NCBI GenBank assembly: GCA_030599585.1
Contig: JAUVNS010000008.1
Location: 1 to 64,000 of the forward strand
Origin: Promethearchaeota archaeon
GTDB taxonomy: Archaea; Asgardarchaeota; Lokiarchaeia; Sigyniarchaeales; SOKP01
Length of the DNA stretch: 64,000 bases
Reading direction: 5' to 3'
A program made the position numbers and the translations under genes. Below the pieces are notes generated by a model. That model made no database searches and had not been told where the DNA came from. It worked only from the letters and a program-made list of their open reading frames with translations. Shown here one piece after another: positions 1-10,204 of this stretch; the first letter of the stretch is position 1, and every line of letters begins with the position of its first letter.

Positions 1-177
1 ATATATCGTTATCTCATAGGCTGGATTGCGTGGAAAAAGGATGTAAAAACCATAGATCCAATGAACCATGTCTCCAATATCATAACCTATAGCCTGAGTT
101 ACAAAAGTAGGGAAGATAAACCCACACAACGAACAACCAAGCGATAAATAAAAGAATATTTTAATTTTCCAAAGCAT
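1..177 (-). CDS. Hypothetical membrane/secreted protein, 5' part only (runs off window edge)
   Basis: Manual translation MLWKIKIFFYLSLGCSLCGFIFPTFVTQAIGYDIGDMVHWIYGFYILFPRNPAYEITIY..., open to the edge; GGAG SD-like motif just upstream (ctcc at 181-184). Confidence 0.55.
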   Translation of the reverse strand, partial: MLWKIKIFFYLSLGCSLCGFIFPTFVTQAIGYDIGDMVHWIYGFYILFPRNPAYEITIY

Positions 178-515
178 ACGCTCCTTCTCGTTTTATTAAT
201 TGTACAAAAATCTCTTATTAGATAATGTTTTTTGTCAACTTAAATATATTTCTCATGCTTAGAGTAGGGTCTTCAATTTTTTTTTATCCATAGGATAATA
301 AATAACTCATTTTTTTTAAAATCTGTATTATTTCTGTCGGTACGCGGTTTTTTGTGGTTAAACAATTTTTAACGCAAAACAATAACTATATAAGCAAGGA
401 CAGCTAATTTTAAACAAAAAAATAAGATATCGGGTGAAAAATGAATAAATTTCAATTTTTTTGTGATAAAGTAAAATATATATAGGTATATACATAATTA
501 TTAAATAATGTTTAA

Positions 516-529
516 GGGAAAATATTCCC
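516..529. promoter_or_regulatory. Inverted repeat GGGAA-AATA-TTCCC, candidate operator
   Basis: GC-containing dyad in AT-rich intergenic DNA, 40 bp upstream of a putative wHTH gene. Confidence 0.35.
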
Positions 530-568
530 ACAAAAAAAACATTAAAAAAAATTGGATGTGAATTATGA

Positions 569-823
569 ATGATGTTAGAAGAAATAGAAAAAAGCCCTGA
601 AGCTGCAATAATTGCAGTAGAAGAAGTATTTAAGACATACGAGCTAATGTGTTTGGATAAGTTAAAGGAAATTGGAAGATCAACAGCTCGAGATTGGTCT
701 TTCGCAATGGGCTACACACATCGTAGTTCACTTGCGAAAATCATACGAAGAATCACAGAGCGATATCCGGATATGCTTAAAATCTATGATAACAGGTTCC
801 CCCGACTCTATGAAGCCTTATAA
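569..823 (+). CDS. Small putative winged helix-turn-helix DNA-binding protein
   Basis: Pattern LDKLKEIGRSTARDWSFAMGYTHRSSLAKIIRRI...LKIY...PRLY fits a three-helix plus wing wHTH layout. Confidence 0.5.
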   Translation: MMLEEIEKSPEAAIIAVEEVFKTYELMCLDKLKEIGRSTARDWSFAMGYTHRSSLAKIIRRITERYPDMLKIYDNRFPRLYEAL

Positions 824-1002
824 CGCCCATTAAAGGTATGTAAGCTAATATATCTTTTTGGAACAGTTTCACACATTTGATTTCGCACAAATTAGCTATT
901 CAATTTTTTTATAAATATGAAGATCTATTATAAGTGGTTGAAAAATGATAATTAATTGTGAAAATTGTAGATTAGAGTACTATTATGGAGGTGTGATATA
1001 GA

Positions 1003-2652
1003 ATGACAAAATTTTCTATGATTACTCATAAAACAAGCATGATTGGTTCAAGGACAAGGGTTGAAGATTCTTGCGAATCTGGATTATGCCCGATATGTAT
1101 TGCTGATTGTCCTGTGTTCTGTGAGGTCTCGAAATCAGCGTTAAGAGGCCGAGAAGCGCTATACCCTCGAAGAGAATATTTTGGAAATTCAACGGCAGGA
1201 ACACCAAAAGATTTTGGTTTATCCTATGGCGATTTCCAGATTCAATTTGAAGTGCGAGGCGCTCAAGGTATCGAAGCGCATGCAGACAAGGTGATTTTCC
1301 CAAATGTGGATCTAACGATGAGTTGGGGTAATATACTACAAAAATTACCTATCGTGATCGCAGGACTTGGCAGTACGAATGTAGCTAAGCGAAATTGGAA
1401 GGGTTTAGCAATTGGTGCTGCTTTAGCCGGTGTAAGTCTTACAATTGGAGAAAACGTAGTCGGAATGGATCCCTTAGCTCAATTCGCAAATCACAGCGTT
1501 TTTCCGCAAGTCACTGACACAGATGATATGAAATTTCGTGTTAACGCCTATAGAGAGTTTTGGGACGGAAAGCATGGTGATATCATTGTCCAGAAAAATG
1601 TTGAAGACACAAGGCTAGGAGTATTCGATTATGTGATGTCAAAATTGGATATAGAATCACTTGAGATAAAATTTGGTCAAGGAGCAAAAGCAATCGGCGG
1701 GGAAGTAAGGTTATCCTCTTTAGAAAGAGCACAATTACTTCAAAAACGAGGTTATTTAGTATTTCCTGATCCCTCAGATCCCATGGTTATAGATCAATGG
1801 AAAGCAGGGTTAATACCAGACTTTGAAAGACATAGTAGGGTAGGATTGTCAACAACTGAAGATGTTTTAGACGAAATAGACCAAGTTCGTTCTTCAGGAG
1901 CAAAAAACATATTTATCAAAACTGGAGCTTATCGTCCAGCGGCAACAGCATGGTTGTTAAGGTTAGCAGTGGAAGGAAAAATAGATGGAATAACGTTTGA
2001 CGGCGCTGGAGGAGGAACAGGGATGAGTCCCGTGAGTATGATGAACGAAGGTTCAATTCCAACCGTTTATTTAGAAGCTCTTGTAGTTGGATGCTTAGAC
2101 ATGATAAAGAAGAAGAACCCTAATGTTAATATTCCAACCGTAGCGATAGCGGGTGGAATTGCAAACGAGACACAGATCTTCAAAGCTCTTGCCATGGGTG
2201 CCCCTTATGTTAAATGTATTGCCATGGCAAGGGCTCCCCTAACTGCCGCTATGAAATCTAAGTTTATTGGTGAAACGATTTCAAAAGGTACAGTTACACC
2301 AGCGATGTTGAAAAACCTGGGATTTCCTAAGGGTAAGGATCCCTCGAGTTTAAGCCTTAAAGAAGCATTCGTAGAATATGACAAATTGCTGAGGATTTAC
2401 AAAGGAAAAGAAATTCCGCCCTCCGCAGTTGGAGTTTATACGTATTTTGAAAGTAAGCTAGGTATAGGTTTAAAACAATTATTAGCAGGGGTTAGAAAAT
2501 TTAATTTGGATCTTTTAGATCGTCATGATATCGCGTATATTACTCAACGAGCTAAAGATGTGTGTGATAAATGGGATTTACATGTTGAGTCTCAAGAATC
2601 TCTTGATTTTGAATTGGTAAAGAACGAGATATATTCAGGAAACTACGAATAA
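1003..2652 (+). CDS. FMN-binding glutamate synthase family protein (stand-alone GltB FMN domain)
   Basis: EIKFGQGAKAIGGE, IKTGAY, DGAGGGTGMSP, AGGI and KALAMGA motifs; N-terminal Cys cluster CPICIADCPVFC; GGAGGTG SD. Confidence 0.88.
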   Translation: MTKFSMITHKTSMIGSRTRVEDSCESGLCPICIADCPVFCEVSKSALRGREALYPRREYFGNSTAGTPKDFGLSYGDFQIQFEVRGAQGIEAHADKVIFPNVDLTMSWGNILQKLPIVIAGLGSTNVAKRNWKGLAIGAALAGVSLTIGENVVGMDPLAQFANHSVFPQVTDTDDMKFRVNAYREFWDGKHGDIIVQKNVEDTRLGVFDYVMSKLDIESLEIKFGQGAKAIGGEVRLSSLERAQLLQKRGYLVFPDPSDPMVIDQWKAGLIPDFERHSRVGLSTTEDVLDEIDQVRSSGAKNIFIKTGAYRPAATAWLLRLAVEGKIDGITFDGAGGGTGMSPVSMMNEGSIPTVYLEALVVGCLDMIKKKNPNVNIPTVAIAGGIANETQIFKALAMGAPYVKCIAMARAPLTAAMKSKFIGETISKGTVTPAMLKNLGFPKGKDPSSLSLKEAFVEYDKLLRIYKGKEIPPSAVGVYTYFESKLGIGLKQLLAGVRKFNLDLLDRHDIAYITQRAKDVCDKWDLHVESQESLDFELVKNEIYSGNYE

Positions 2653-2717
2653 CAAATTTTATTTTATTTTTTTTTAAGATAAACTAATTAGATGAAAAGA
2701 AAAAAAATAGGAAAAAT

Positions 2718-4508
2718 TTACTTCATTGCTTTTTCAAATTCGTTAACAAATGCTTCATATTGGTTTATCCCTAACTCCCAGAAATCTTGTTTTGTGATAT
2801 CTAATCCAACTATCTCACCTAAATCTTCTGGAGATAAACTACCGCCTGCTGCTAATAATTTTTTAAATTTAGGAACAAAATCCTTACCCTCTTTTTTATA
2901 AGTCTGATACAATGCATATACAAAAAGTTGAGCGTAAACATAGGGATAATTGTAGAATCTAAAATTCGGGATAAAGTAATGCGGTTTCATTGTCCATTCC
3001 CAATCCATCTCATCGAACCATTCAACAGAATCTCCGTAAATTTTATCTCTTCCAGCGCACCAGTATTTTGAAATCGTTTTACCGTCTAAATTTTCACCTT
3101 TTTCAACAGCTTTATACAAATTTTGTTCAAACCATACTCTCGCGCTTACTTGAAATGCTGCTTGTCCTGCGTCGTCTAAAACATGGGCTAGAATAGCTAA
3201 CTTTTCTTCTTTAGAGTTAGCCTTTTCGAGGAGGAGATCTGTCATTAATAATTCTCCAAAAGTGGAGGCTGTTTCTGCAACTGTGTATCCCGGATGAATG
3301 TTAAAATATGTCTGTTTATCATACACAAGATAATCGTGTATTGCGTGGCCAAGCTCATGTATTAGTGTAAAAATTTCAGTCAATTCTCCAGTATAGGTCA
3401 TGAGAATATAGGCTGATTTCCCTTTAAACCAAGAGGCGCAATTTGCCCCATTTCTTTTCCCCTCCCGTGGACTAGCATCAATATGATTACGATTAAACAT
3501 ATCGTTTACAATATCTACACATTCTGAATCGAATCTTCCATAAGCTTGGATTACCAAATCTTTTGCTTCATCCCAGGAATGTTTAGTGTGTGGAACATTA
3601 GGTAGTGGAGCTCTTATATCCGCACAATTTAACTTTGGAAGGTTCAAAACATTTGATTTTAGTTTTAAATATCTACGATAGACAGCTACACCCTTCTCAA
3701 TAGCTTTCATTAAATTATCTATTATCACTTGCGTTGTGTCATTAACTAATAGACTATCGTGCATTGGATCATCATATTTGCGCCTTTTAGAATTATTTAC
3801 CCAATCTCCACATATACTTCTTAGAGCTAAAGAAAAAACAGTTTCCTCTTTCCCTAGTAAGCCGTAAATAGACTTATTCGCTGATATTCGGGTTCCTCTA
3901 TCTGGGTGAGTAAGTAATGCATTAGCTTCCCCGTACGATAATTCTTTATCTTCACCTTCAACATTTACTATGAATTTTCTTGTATTTAACCACTTAGATT
4001 GCAACATGCTCCATGCATTTACTCCATATTGATCTTTTTCAAGAATTATTTGTTCTTCGATTTCAGTTAGATTATGAGGGAATTTTCTTTTAATATTTTC
4101 TAAAATGTGTTTATAATTCGATAAAATGGGATCATTTACTAAAGCTGGGTTATTATTGACATATTTCGCTACATCAAGTTCTACAAAAGCTAGATCCTTC
4201 GATATTTTAGTGGTATAATCTTCTACTTTATTTTTTAATGCTTCACTCTCTGGAATCGTCATTTTTGCACTATACAACCTATTCTTATAGAGGTCGAGTT
4301 CGCTAAAATCAGCCCGAAATTTCTCTTCTCTCTTGAATAAATCTAACAAGTTTTGAGGAGTAAAATTATCTAAAATAATCTTTCCTTTGTAATCGTTTAT
4401 AATATCTTCTGTTTCTTTTAAGAGTCTACTCATTGTTTCAGCTATTTTAGGATCATCATGGCTCGCAAAGATTTCAGTTAAATCCCATGCAATTTCGTTT
4501 TCAGTCAT
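2718..4508 (-). CDS. pepF: Oligoendopeptidase F (peptidase M3B)
   Basis: WDL N-terminus, GKRNGA, HELGHAIH zinc motif, AETAS, FYNYPY; start placed at MTENEIAW. Confidence 0.92.
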   Translation of the reverse strand: MTENEIAWDLTEIFASHDDPKIAETMSRLLKETEDIINDYKGKIILDNFTPQNLLDLFKREEKFRADFSELDLYKNRLYSAKMTIPESEALKNKVEDYTTKISKDLAFVELDVAKYVNNNPALVNDPILSNYKHILENIKRKFPHNLTEIEEQIILEKDQYGVNAWSMLQSKWLNTRKFIVNVEGEDKELSYGEANALLTHPDRGTRISANKSIYGLLGKEETVFSLALRSICGDWVNNSKRRKYDDPMHDSLLVNDTTQVIIDNLMKAIEKGVAVYRRYLKLKSNVLNLPKLNCADIRAPLPNVPHTKHSWDEAKDLVIQAYGRFDSECVDIVNDMFNRNHIDASPREGKRNGANCASWFKGKSAYILMTYTGELTEIFTLIHELGHAIHDYLVYDKQTYFNIHPGYTVAETASTFGELLMTDLLLEKANSKEEKLAILAHVLDDAGQAAFQVSARVWFEQNLYKAVEKGENLDGKTISKYWCAGRDKIYGDSVEWFDEMDWEWTMKPHYFIPNFRFYNYPYVYAQLFVYALYQTYKKEGKDFVPKFKKLLAAGGSLSPEDLGEIVGLDITKQDFWELGINQYEAFVNEFEKAMK

Positions 4509-4607
4509 AATAATCAAAATGTAAATCATCTAATAAATAAAAATGTTTTTTAAAAAGAAAATGATTCTTCACAAAAGAGGACGGGTAGGTCTATATTTTA
4601 AATTCAT

Positions 4608-5324
4608 TTATTTTCTAAGCTTGGGAAGGAACCTACCAGTTTTTTCCATGTATTCTTCGTAGGCTATGCCATAGATTTTCTTGAGACCTTCCTCTGAACA
4701 TCGGGCTTCTGTTGTTATGAATGTAAACTTACCTTCTCGATCACATTCCTCATCAGGGTTTGTACCTACAGTAAAAGCCAAAAAGTAGAAAAGGGACAAG
4801 TAATTCAGGGTTAAAAGGAGAAATCCTACTGGTATGAGGATAAAAGATAGGTAATAAGGATGTCTTATGTATGCATATAAGCCAGTCGTCATCATCTTCC
4901 TCTCCTTGGTTGCTATGGAATAGACATATCTGATAATAGTTTTTCCCGATATTAAGTATAAAATCAAACCAAAAAATATTATGATTAGACCTATAATCTG
5001 TAGATAGATATCAATTGGATTAAAAAATGATAAGTACGGAGAATATAAGATTCCCATCCTATATACCAGACCATCAATAATAAACAATAAAGGTAGGAAT
5101 CTTATAATTGGCTTGTGGATTAAAGCCCAAAATTTAGGTGCAATCTTAATCTTCCGTTTTTCAGATTGATTCGCTTCAAGCTCTTTCTTCCTAGCTTCAG
5201 TCAAGAACTTTTTTTGCCAATATCCGAAGGTTTCGAGTCTTGCACTTCCTGGGAGAAAATCTATTATTATGTGACATATAAAAATAACTAAAATAAGTAC
5301 AGTCAATAATTTCATCTGTATCAC
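4608..5324 (-). CDS. Isoprenylcysteine carboxyl methyltransferase / PEMT-family membrane methyltransferase
   Basis: TM helices; TTGLYAYIRHPYY and EEGL...YG..YEEY..KTGRFLP motifs; ATG start at 5315 also possible. Confidence 0.8.
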   Translation of the reverse strand: MIQMKLLTVLILVIFICHIIIDFLPGSARLETFGYWQKKFLTEARKKELEANQSEKRKIKIAPKFWALIHKPIIRFLPLLFIIDGLVYRMGILYSPYLSFFNPIDIYLQIIGLIIIFFGLILYLISGKTIIRYVYSIATKERKMMTTGLYAYIRHPYYLSFILIPVGFLLLTLNYLSLFYFLAFTVGTNPDEECDREGKFTFITTEARCSEEGLKKIYGIAYEEYMEKTGRFLPKLRK

Positions 5325-5665
5325 GGGATCACCTTACAACAGTCATCAATTATTTTCTCTCTGAGGATTAAAAAAAAAAAAATACCGATGTCTAAAAAAA
5401 TTAATTACTCATCAAATTCATAAAATGACTTAAAAATCTAGCCTTTATAAAAAATTATTAGCGCCGCATAACTAATTAAATTAGAAAGCTCCCTCCTTCC
5501 CTATATTCTAACTTGAATCTTTTAAGAAATGAAATTTGAGTTAGATATTTAGCAAGCAACAGGTTTCGAGGTTAATATCTTAGTTTTAAGTGAAAGAACT
5601 TTAAAAATGCGGCCCTTTCTTAAAGAGTAGATAAAAAGTTAGAAACATATTCACCAGATCTTTCA

Positions 5666-7225
5666 TCATTCATACTCGATCGTGCTTGGGGGCTTATGAC
5701 TTATATCATAAACAACACGATTAATTCCCTTCACTTCGTTTATAATACGAGTGCTAATTTTTTCTAGTAATTCCCAATCAAGTTTAGCAAAGTTGGCAGT
5801 CATTGCGTCTAAAGACTCGACAACTCGTATAGCACAAATATATTCATAGGTACGATAATCTCCCATTATTCCTACGGTTTTTAGAGGCAAAAATACGCAA
5901 AAAGCTTGCCAAACATTATCGTATATTTTTGCTTTCCTGATCTCTTCAATTAAAATCTCATCAGCATCTCTTAAGATGTCTAGTTTTTTCTTTTCAATTG
6001 GGCCAATTATTCTTACTGCCAATCCCGGACCAGGAAATGGATGTCGAAATACAATATTTTCAGGTAATCCTAATTGTAATCCAATTTTTCTTACTTCGTC
6101 TTTATATAGCTCCTTCAGTGGCTCTATAATTTTTAGCATCATGTCATCTGGTAGGGTTAAATTATGGTGAGATTTTATTTTTACGGATGCGTTGCTTGTA
6201 GCACTCGTTTCTACTCGATCGGGATAAATTGTTCCCTGAGCTAAATATTTAATATCCGGATAAACCTTTTCTAATTCGATTGTCTTATTTTCAAAGACTT
6301 CAATAAAAGTGTGTCCGATAATTCGTCTTTTTTCTTCAGGATCATCAATGTTTTCTAACCTTTCTAAAAATAAATCCTCGGCGTTAACATAATGGAAGTT
6401 TTCAAAATTTAAATCTTGTTCAAATGTTCTTACGACTTGTATCTCCTCGTTTTTCCTTAGTACTCCATTATTTACAAATATACTGTGTAACCTGTTTCCA
6501 ATGGCTTTTTGAAGTAGAATTGCGACAACAGAAGAATCTACGCCCCCACTTAGCCCTAAGATAACTCTATTTTTCGGTCCAACCTCTTTCTTAATATTTT
6601 CAATTGAATTTTCTATCCAATTTTCTAAGTTCCATTCTTTTTTAGCGTGAACAATATTCTCAATAAAATTTTTCAAAATCTTCGTACCACTTTGGGTGTG
6701 GACCACTTCAGGGTGAAATTGTACACCAAATAATTTTAAATCTTCATTTGCATAAGCCGCTATTGGACACGTAGCTGTTCTGGCTATTATTTCGAACCCT
6801 TCGGGCATGTTTTCTACTTGATCACCGTGAGACATCCACACAGTCTCCCTATTATTTAGCGATTCTAGTAATTTCCCAGGTTTTATGATTTCCAATTCCG
6901 TTTTTCCATATTCTTTTTTAGTAAATGGTTTAATCTTACCCCCTAAGTGATGGATGATCAAATGTAAGCCATAACATATTCCCAAAACTGGAATTTTGTC
7001 AATTTTTGTCAATTTAAAGAAATCTTTTGTAAGTTGTGGGCTATCTTCTTCATAAACGCTACTGGGTCCTCCTGAAAGGATAATTCCAATCGGTCTATGT
7101 CGCTTTAATTCATCAATCGAGATATTATTGGGCAAAATCTCTGAGTAAACCCCAAGTTCTCTAATGCGTCTAGCTATTAAATGAGTGTATTGAGACCCCA
7201 TGTCTAATATACAAATTTTATCCAT
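5666..7225 (-). CDS. guaA: GMP synthase (glutamine-hydrolysing), fused GATase + ATP-PPase
   Basis: GSQY, GICYG, QFHPE, SGGVDS, KSHHN, HPFPGPGLAVR, KPPSTIEYE. Confidence 0.97.
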   Translation of the reverse strand: MDKICILDMGSQYTHLIARRIRELGVYSEILPNNISIDELKRHRPIGIILSGGPSSVYEEDSPQLTKDFFKLTKIDKIPVLGICYGLHLIIHHLGGKIKPFTKKEYGKTELEIIKPGKLLESLNNRETVWMSHGDQVENMPEGFEIIARTATCPIAAYANEDLKLFGVQFHPEVVHTQSGTKILKNFIENIVHAKKEWNLENWIENSIENIKKEVGPKNRVILGLSGGVDSSVVAILLQKAIGNRLHSIFVNNGVLRKNEEIQVVRTFEQDLNFENFHYVNAEDLFLERLENIDDPEEKRRIIGHTFIEVFENKTIELEKVYPDIKYLAQGTIYPDRVETSATSNASVKIKSHHNLTLPDDMMLKIIEPLKELYKDEVRKIGLQLGLPENIVFRHPFPGPGLAVRIIGPIEKKKLDILRDADEILIEEIRKAKIYDNVWQAFCVFLPLKTVGIMGDYRTYEYICAIRVVESLDAMTANFAKLDWELLEKISTRIINEVKGINRVVYDISHKPPSTIEYE

Positions 7226-7390
7226 ATGGCAACATCTTTAATGATTCACTAAATTAAGTAATTATTAATTTGATACAATAATTAATTTTCTCACTATAGA
7301 ATATATATGATGTACAAATTTGACGCAAATTCAGATAAAAATAACAAATAAAAAGAAGAAATAAATTGAATTTAGAAAAATTATTGGTTC

Positions 7391-8641
7391 TTATAACCAG
7401 CCTCTCAATTTCATAGTGTCAACGACTCGTTCAATGGCAATACTATATGCTCCCATCCTATTGTAGGTGTCATGTTGTTTGGCGTGGTCAACTGTAGATC
7501 GGTAAGCATTAGTCATTACTCTATCTAAAGCTTCAAATACTTCCTTTTCAGTCCAGAAATATAAATAATAGCCTTGGACCATCTCAAAATACGAAACAGT
7601 TACTCCGCCAGCATTGCAGAGGAAATCGGGAATAACTAAAATTCCTTTATCAAATAAAACTTTATCTGCATCAGGAGTAGTAGGACCATTTGCTTGCTCA
7701 GCCAAAATCTTGCATTTAACATTTTGCACGTTTTTACTAGTGATTACATTTTCTAAAGCAGCTGGTACTAAAATATCGACTTCTAATTCTAATAATTCAG
7801 CGTTCGTTATGGTTTGCGTTCCCTCTAAACCAACAACGGATCTGGTTTTCTCTTTGTGTTGACCTGCTTTAAAAGAATCAATTCCGTCCTTGTTTAATAC
7901 ACCCCCTTTAGAATCTGATACAGCAATAATTTTACAGTTAAAGTCGTTTTGTAATAGCTTTGCTGACCAAGAACCGGCATTACCATAACCTTGAACTGCT
8001 ACAGTTGCACCGTTCAAATTTAATCCGATATCTTTTGCTGCTTCTCTAATAGTATAAACGCCCCCCTTAGCTGTCGCTATTGATCTACCCGCACTGCCTC
8101 CTATTTGTAGAGGTTTCCCTGTAATTATGGAAGGAGCGTGTTTTCGAACAATTGTCTCATATTCGTCCATCATCCAAGCCATAATTTGTGGTGTTGTATA
8201 AACATCTGGCGCAGGTACGTCAACATTAGGTCCTAAAACATCTGCAAGCTTTCTTATAAACAATCTTGCAAGAGTTTCAAGTTCTCTATTACTCATCCCT
8301 TTAGGATTGCAGATAATGCCTCCCTTAGCCCCACCAAGAGGTATATCGACAACTGCGGTCTTCCAAGTCATCCATGCGCTTAGAGCTTTTACAAGAGATG
8401 CACTTTCTTCTGGGTGCCATCGAATTCCCCCCTTCATTGGCCCTCTAGCAGAATTGTATTGAGATCTAAAACCTCGGAATGACTTTACTGAACCATCATC
8501 CATTTTCATCGTAAGTCTTACTTCGACGAATCTTTCTGGTTCGCTTAATGCGTCATATATGTCGCTACCATATCCCATAATCTTACATGCATCAGAAAGC
8601 TGATTTTGAGAGATTTTAAATGGATCTAATTCTTCACTCAT
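7391..8641 (-). CDS. gdhA: Glutamate dehydrogenase (Glu/Leu/Phe/Val family)
   Basis: [48 protein letters not shown]. Confidence 0.93.
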   Translation of the reverse strand: MSEELDPFKISQNQLSDACKIMGYGSDIYDALSEPERFVEVRLTMKMDDGSVKSFRGFRSQYNSARGPMKGGIRWHPEESASLVKALSAWMTWKTAVVDIPLGGAKGGIICNPKGMSNRELETLARLFIRKLADVLGPNVDVPAPDVYTTPQIMAWMMDEYETIVRKHAPSIITGKPLQIGGSAGRSIATAKGGVYTIREAAKDIGLNLNGATVAVQGYGNAGSWSAKLLQNDFNCKIIAVSDSKGGVLNKDGIDSFKAGQHKEKTRSVVGLEGTQTITNAELLELEVDILVPAALENVITSKNVQNVKCKILAEQANGPTTPDADKVLFDKGILVIPDFLCNAGGVTVSYFEMVQGYYLYFWTEKEVFEALDRVMTNAYRSTVDHAKQHDTYNRMGAYSIAIERVVDTMKLRGWL

Positions 8642-8922
8642 GTTTTATCATCCTTAACTCGATTGATAATTTAAACAAATTATAGAAGTTTTCTTCTAAA
8701 ATGAATATTTTATAATTTTTAATAATTTAATATTACTTTATTAAACATATTTTAGTTTTAATAAGTTTTCTATGGGAGCGGATTGGGAAAATGTTATGCG
8801 TTTCTCTATGTATGACTGTTTCATAAAGATATTAATTACACCAGTTCAATTAGAAAAATTAAAGTAATATTATTAATAAAGTAAATTTGCAAATATTATA
8901 TTTTTCTAAATGAGGTATTATC

Positions 8923-10179
8923 ATGACTGAAGAAATTAACCCATTTGATGTAGCTAAAACTCAAATTGATATAGTTGCTAAAGAAATGGGATTAGATAAA
9001 AATATTACAGAATATCTAAAAAGGATCGAGCGATCTTTAATTGTTACAATCCCAATTGTGATGGATGACGGTACACTACAAATTTTTGAGGGATATCGAG
9101 TACACCATTCTACAGTTCGTGGACCCGGTAAAGGTGGAATACGATATTCCATGGACGTTAATCTTGACGAAGTTAAAGCTCTTGCGACTTGGATGACGTG
9201 GAAGACGAGTTTATTAAATCTTCCATTAGGTGGCGCAAAAGGCGGTGTTAGAGTAGATCCTAAGCAACTTTCTATGAAAGAATTAGAACATCTAACTAGA
9301 AGATATACTGCTGAAATTATTAACGTAATAGGACCTGATATCGATGTACCTGCTCCTGATATAGGCACTAACGCGCAGGTGATGGCTTGGATGATGGATG
9401 TTTATTCAATGCAGAAAGGTAGATCAGTACCCGGCGTTGTCACTGGAAAACCCGTGGAAATTGGTGGATCTGTCGGCAGAGAGCCAGCGACTGGAATGGG
9501 AATGTTTTTCGTGTTACAGGCTTTTTGTGAGAAATTAGGTTTAGATTTGAAATCTCAAACAATTGTAGTTCAAGGTTTTGGTAACGTAGGAGGAACTTTT
9601 GCAGAATTGCTCTACAATGAAGGTTGTAAAGTTATTGCTGTCTCAGATGTGTCAACAGGAATCTACTATGAAGATGGCTTGGAGATTGAAAAATTACTCG
9701 AATGGGTTAAGCAAGGGAATTATTTGAAAGATTATGAAAATGATAAATATAAGCTCATCACTAATCGTGAATTATTAACTACGAAATGTGACGTGTTGGC
9801 ACCATCTGCAATTGAAAATCAAATAACTCAAGCAAATGTAAATGAAATAGAATGCAAAATCATAGTAGAAGGTGCTAACGGACCAACAACTCCCGAAGCG
9901 GATAAAGTCCTGTTTAAAAAAGAAATACGCGTCTTACCAGATATCTTAGCTAATGCAGGAGGTGTATGCGTCTCTTACTTCGAGTATGTTCAAGGTATTA
10001 ATTCATACTTCTGGAAACTAGATCGGATTAATGAAGAACTTAAACGAATTATACTTGAAGCATTCGAAGAAACATACAAAATCTCAGAAGAGAGGCACAT
10101 CTCTCTTAGAACTGCAGCTTATATCATAGCCGTTTCAAGAATTGCAAAAGCAATTGAGTTAAGAGGGATTTTCCCTTAA
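8923..10179 (+). CDS. gdhA: Glutamate dehydrogenase, second paralog
   Basis: RGPGKGGIRY, MTWK, GGAKGG, PAPDI, GFGNVG, EGANGP, NAGGVCVSYFE. Confidence 0.93.
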   Translation: MTEEINPFDVAKTQIDIVAKEMGLDKNITEYLKRIERSLIVTIPIVMDDGTLQIFEGYRVHHSTVRGPGKGGIRYSMDVNLDEVKALATWMTWKTSLLNLPLGGAKGGVRVDPKQLSMKELEHLTRRYTAEIINVIGPDIDVPAPDIGTNAQVMAWMMDVYSMQKGRSVPGVVTGKPVEIGGSVGREPATGMGMFFVLQAFCEKLGLDLKSQTIVVQGFGNVGGTFAELLYNEGCKVIAVSDVSTGIYYEDGLEIEKLLEWVKQGNYLKDYENDKYKLITNRELLTTKCDVLAPSAIENQITQANVNEIECKIIVEGANGPTTPEADKVLFKKEIRVLPDILANAGGVCVSYFEYVQGINSYFWKLDRINEELKRIILEAFEETYKISEERHISLRTAAYIIAVSRIAKAIELRGIFP

Positions 10180-10204
10180 ATCGTTTTTTCTATTACACTT
10201 TTTT

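Noticed and set aside
516-529. Canonical NrpR operator
   Set aside because: Spacing is GGAA-N4-TTCC, not N6
569-823. Z-alpha (Z-DNA-binding) domain
   Set aside because: General wHTH resemblance only; the conserved Asn/Tyr of helix 3 and the Trp of the wing are absent
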